64,000 nucleotides of DNA, taken from positions 2,124,457 to 2,188,456 of the forward strand of contig OZ316894.1 of the NCBI GenBank assembly GCA_973895155.1, written 5' to 3'. Both the position numbers and the translations under genes were made by a program. This stretch comes from Marsupella aquatica (taxonomy: Eukaryota > Plantae > Marchantiophyta). The notes under the pieces are model-generated. The model searched no databases, was not told the origin of the DNA, and saw only the letters and a program-made list of their open reading frames with translations. Shown here piece after piece: positions 63,411-64,000 of the stretch (position 1 is its first letter; the number at the start of each line of letters is the position of its first letter).

Positions 63411-64000
63411 GCTTTGTATTGAAGTGCAATGGAGGATGATTTTTAAGCTTTCTCCTTCTTTCTTTCCGAGGGGCAAGTGTCACGTCGTGTCAAGGGGAGG
63501 AAGCCAAGAACAGTCTTTAACTCAAACAGATTTACAAATAGCCATCTGATTTGGCTGATGGGGTCCATGGCTAGGTGGGACTCTGGGTAATGGAAAACAA
63601 AAAACTTGACAAGATTTGCCAAAAATGGTGAAGGCTGTTTAGAGAGGTGAAATCTAGGTAATTTTGTGACTAGAAAAAAGGCTTGTGCAAGGCTCACAAC
63701 TCAATTTAAGGAAAGCGAAATGGCTACAAAAGTGTATTTAGCGTGTTGGTAAATTGGCCAAATTGGGTTGTATTATGGACAGATCCAAGGTGATTTGACC
63801 ATTCATTTGTGCATTGGTTCAACTGCTCTGAATTGAAATAGGGGCAAAAAACGGCCAGAAAGGCTTTGTAATGTGCTTACTTAGCTCTAAGCTCCATGGC
63901 AAAAGAAAAACAGATTTACAAGTAACCCCAAATAAACTATGTGGCAAATGTGGTCACGTTGCCATTCCAACAATAACGACCACGGCAGTCTTCAAGTAAC

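Overview
Eukaryotic nuclear DNA with GT-AG introns and plant TTTAGGG motifs. The gene mix (suberin/cutin-type BAHD plus a GLG1 homologue) suggests a non-seed land plant, which is an inference. There are four host genes: a 2-exon BAHD acyltransferase (-), a multi-exon GLG1-like Cys-rich repeat protein (-), RCL1 (+) and a BASS5/6-like transporter (-). The main feature is a 10.1-kb Ty3/Gypsy-type retrotransposon (10377-20488, minus strand). Its polyprotein is Gag-protease-[DNMT3-like C5 cytosine methyltransferase]-RT-RNaseH-integrase-[PHD finger]. Its terminal repeats are split as X-internal-Y-GC-X-Y (X 362 bp, Y 178 bp) rather than forming two ordinary LTRs. A self-priming PBS follows X, a G7 PPT precedes Y, and a palindromic CA|GC|TG site sits at the Y/X join. 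This fits integration of a 2-LTR circle cut inside one LTR. A diverged solo X-Y unit with its own 4-bp TSD lies 0.8 kb away. The window also has a ~7.9-kb Mutator-like element with degenerate TIRs carrying an RPA1-like OB-fold gene and a C2H2 zinc-finger gene, an RLE non-LTR fragment, tRNA-derived relics, a MITE and several tandem duplications. All alignments and counts were done by eye.
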